The notes beneath the pieces are model-generated. The model worked only from the letters and a program-made list of their open reading frames with translations, searched no databases and was not told where the DNA came from. From positions 1,116,001 through 1,180,000 of the forward strand of contig JAQGDQ010000001.1 in assembly GCA_030141605.1 (NCBI GenBank): a DNA stretch of 64,000 nt, written 5' to 3'. This document shows positions 60,331 through 64,000 of this stretch, in pieces; positions within the stretch are counted from its first letter, which is position 1, and each line of letters begins with the position of its first letter. The stretch is from Tubiluchus corallicola (lineage: Eukaryota; Animalia; Priapulida). The position numbers and the translations under genes are program-made.

Positions 60331-63300
60331 ACTAAGCTTCGTACTATGAACAAACTTAATCATCTGAAAGATCAGATATTTTGTACGTCGGAATTAAAAA
60401 CAGACTGAATGGATTAAAGAGAAAAAAACTTCGATATTTCAAATGCATCAAAGCAAAGCGACCTAATATGTATATGTATATGTATACGATATACATGATA
60501 TATATGATGCATATAGGTATCAGTCAGCATCTTAATACTTATACCTTTTATTTGTAGTATTATAATAATAGTTATTTATGTGACTCTGTGGTTTAATTTA
60601 TTACTTAAAAATTATAAATTAGAAGAATACGATGGACTGTAGGGCATTTTTTGTATATAATTATCAATAGATAAAGAGTTAAACGTCACATTAGCGATGA
60701 CAAAAAATTATATTAAAAACTCTACATATAATACACGTATTTCTAAAAAAAAATAATTATGATGGATGGGTTTAGTTTGTACAATAATGGCATATGAATA
60801 ATAAGTTATTTCTCTGGTTCGCTTGGCAGCTTCAGTCTAGTCAGTAAATTAACAGAAGATGTGCATATACCATACATCAAAATCGATTACTCTTTCAATA
60901 TAATAGAGTAAACTTATGTCCTTTAGTCAGGGCCCTTTATTATATTTATATTATTTTAGCCTTACTGCACTTATCAAGATAACTTTCATTGATTAACAGA
61001 AGAAAAAGCGTTAGCCTATAGTACAAGGTTCGTCTCAGTACGGCAGTTAATCTCACCTGCCATACATCATGCCACACAAGATATTTATATAAAGGTTGTA
61101 AAACGTCATTGATAATTGATTATGTCTGAAAAAGTATTCATTCGTTTTGTGGATTTTTAATGTCTGATTCAGAGGTACATCCAAATAAAAACTTAATGCG
61201 GTTTAAAATATTTTAGGACAAGGTTAGAAACATTCGGATTTATGAATGTGTTTTATTGTGTTTTACGGATAATTGCTAGTCCAGTAAGATATAATTTGTT
61301 TACGCCCTATGCTGTATAAATTTTTTATACAAATGGAGTAAATACAAAATTGTTAACTCATTGTAAGTTGTGCTAAGTTAATTTAAGCTAAGTTAGTTAA
61401 GTAAACTTATGTTAACTTAATTATGATTAATTAACTAACTTAACTTAAGTTAAGAACTGAACACAAAATTTCGCATTTAGCACAAAGATATGCGTACTTT
61501 GGAGTTACATATCGACTATTAAAACACGCACGCCCATTTCATCCACACACGCACGTACTCAGAGGAAATTGCATTAAAAGCTCTAATACGTTTTTCAATT
61601 ATTAGTGAATAAAAAACAGCATTGCTTAATATATATCATCTTAACTGCAAGATTATAAACAATTAATGATCGAACAAACTAAGAATTATGGTCTGTAAAC
61701 GAATGTTGAGCGAATGGCAGGAATATTTAAAAGTCGGGCCAGAGCCAGGAGCAACTGAGCCTGAGGAAAGTAAGATCCTTTCTTTCAGCCAAGTTTGTTT
61801 CAGAAAAAAAGTAATTGTAGGTTTATTCCGTCACACTTGAGTACTCGACGTAGACGTTTCCAGATATCACTATTGTCAAAACGAAGCTAAATAAGTTTGT
61901 TTAAACCTAGATTCATTTTATCACGACGACGATGCAATTATAAAAGTTTATTGAGATTGAGAGATATCATAAAACCTTTTGTGTTGTAAGTTATTGAGTT
62001 TACAGGGCATTGTTCTGCGTTTATACAATATCGTCTGCGGGTTTGTCTACTGTCGTCTTACAGAGCGAAAACACTGACGCTGGGGAAATACCTTATATTT
62101 TCGTAAGGTAAACTCCATAGGATATTACATAAAATATTTATACACCACGTCAAGCTTATGGTGCAAAGCGTTAAGCGCGCAATGTTTTTTGGCTGATACT
62201 ATATATATGGTACACTAGTTGGGCAAATACTAGGCCAGCTGGTAGTATATTTCCATTTTTATTAATTATCAATTTCCCAATTAATTATCAGTCTTTAGCG
62301 CCTTTGGGCAATTTGAATTATTCTTTACGGCAGGGCTCAGAGATCTACATTACATTTACGTGACATTACATTTATAGATTTCTCAGCTCAATAAATAATT
62401 ACATTTTGAAAAATCTAGTTCTATCTATTCTCGCAGCAAAGATGTATTGCACGATTATAATAATTTCACAAATATTTGAAAAGTGCAAACCATACACGAC
62501 AATGGTACCTGGTGAGACAAGTTAGTAAATTAAGCATCAGTTGTACGCGTATCATTATAACAGGGTTGAAATTCAATTAGCGAATTGTTTTTTAATGAAA
62601 TTGCAGCAGATTAGTAAAAAAATGATTCGATAGAGAAAGTTTGCATGGTGATCTCGTAAAATCTTAGTGTTTCACCTTGCTAATCTCTTACTGAACAACA
62701 AACCCTAAAGTTAGGTCCTATATATTTAGTGAAAAAGTAAGTGGTTTAACGCTATACCTTATTAATTAATGTAGTAGGCTACTATTTACATAAATTAGAC
62801 AGGAGCACGCTTGCGGTGCGAGGCTTATCGTGTCTTATAAAGTAAGATAAACACAGAAAGCAATGAATTTCAGCTTGTACAGCGCATGTCTTTAAAATAT
62901 TTTTTGTCAAATAACAATGAGACATTTAAATTTTGCAACATTACTCAGCGAGAGGTAGACTATGGTTTTTATAGGGAGGTAGAGTATAAATGAACACTAT
63001 ACAGTATATATACTAATACCCAGAAACGTCTTACAATTTTTGCATTAACAAGCACCCTGACACCCCTACATTCCTGACACGAAATTCACATCTCGGTTAT
63101 AACTGAACTTGAACTGAGTTCAGTTTATAACTAAACTGATATCTATTGTAACCAAACTTCGGTAATGTGTAAAACGATTATTTAATACAAAGTCTCTGTG
63201 CTGAAAAGGTGTTTTCAAACTTAAAACTTTTTAATTCACCAGTTATATTTATACTTAAATATTGGGCGTCGGTGTGTAAAAATATAATAACATCTTAATA

Positions 63301-64000
63301 CAGGAAATCTCCAGAAGTTCAGAATTTAGTTTCTAATTTATCACCTCGATGAGTTTAAAGGCTTACAAATGGCAAAAAGCAGGTAATTCTCAAGTGGTTT
63401 CAGAACAGGTATACAGGTGTAAGTTTGGGTTATTAATAAGTTCCTGAGAATCACCTGCTTAACTTCAAATGCAAACGTATGCGAAAGTCTACCGTTTGTT
63501 TAATTCAAAAAATCAAGAATAAGCTTAAATGTTCATCCCCTCTTTTCCGTTTCAAATTTCAAATTTGTGTTATTTCTGCTAGCTTGGCGTATGAAAACCA
63601 CAAAGTGCATGAGCAGTGTCTCTTTTGAAGTAAAGTAAATAGCAGTTGGGATAGGAGCATTTAAGTAATCATGGGCTGTATCAGTTAATTTAACATACGT
63701 TTACTCTGAAGCAATCAAATATCTTTCTTGAAACTGTGAATTCTTCGCTGCTGTGCCACATTTGTTGTGGAAATTGCCGAAATCAGAGACTACTTGTGTT
63801 CAATTAAGAATCGAAAATAACGAAGGCTCGCTATTTTATCTAATTTTTTTCTTAACAATGGTGAGTTGCGAAACTTCTTTGACTGCATATTTATAGACAC
63901 TTCGAAAAAAGCCAGCATGTAGGTTAAAAATGGGTTTCAGCATCACTGAGAACTAAAAAATACCCCGAGCTAGCACAATAAAAGACGATGTAGAAATCGA

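Overview
AT-rich, intron-rich eukaryotic (invertebrate animal-like) genomic DNA with three protein-coding loci. (1) The 5' two-thirds of a cAMP-dependent protein kinase type I regulatory subunit gene (PRKAR1 family, minus strand; 6 conserved exons 8568->1094, remainder beyond the window start). Its only convincing upstream coding exon (23739-23858) encodes a non-canonical MGQKLRKLLS... N-terminus, and I found no dimerization/docking (D/D) exon. (2) A complete 25-coding-exon TNRC18/BAHCC1 (winged eye) family chromatin reader (minus strand, 52936->29262, ~2826 aa; coiled coil, tandem Tudor, His tract, C-terminal BAH) with a probable GC-AG first coding intron. (3) An apparently intronless ankyrin-repeat ORF (plus strand, 59086-60330). 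Introns hold hAT and pogo/Tigger-like MITEs, two decayed Academ-like transposons, Helitron/HINE-like elements, a LINE fragment inside a hAT element, hairpins, microsatellites and a truncated U2 snRNA-like fragment. Exon models were built by hand from translation, splice signals and phase continuity; no database searches were run.
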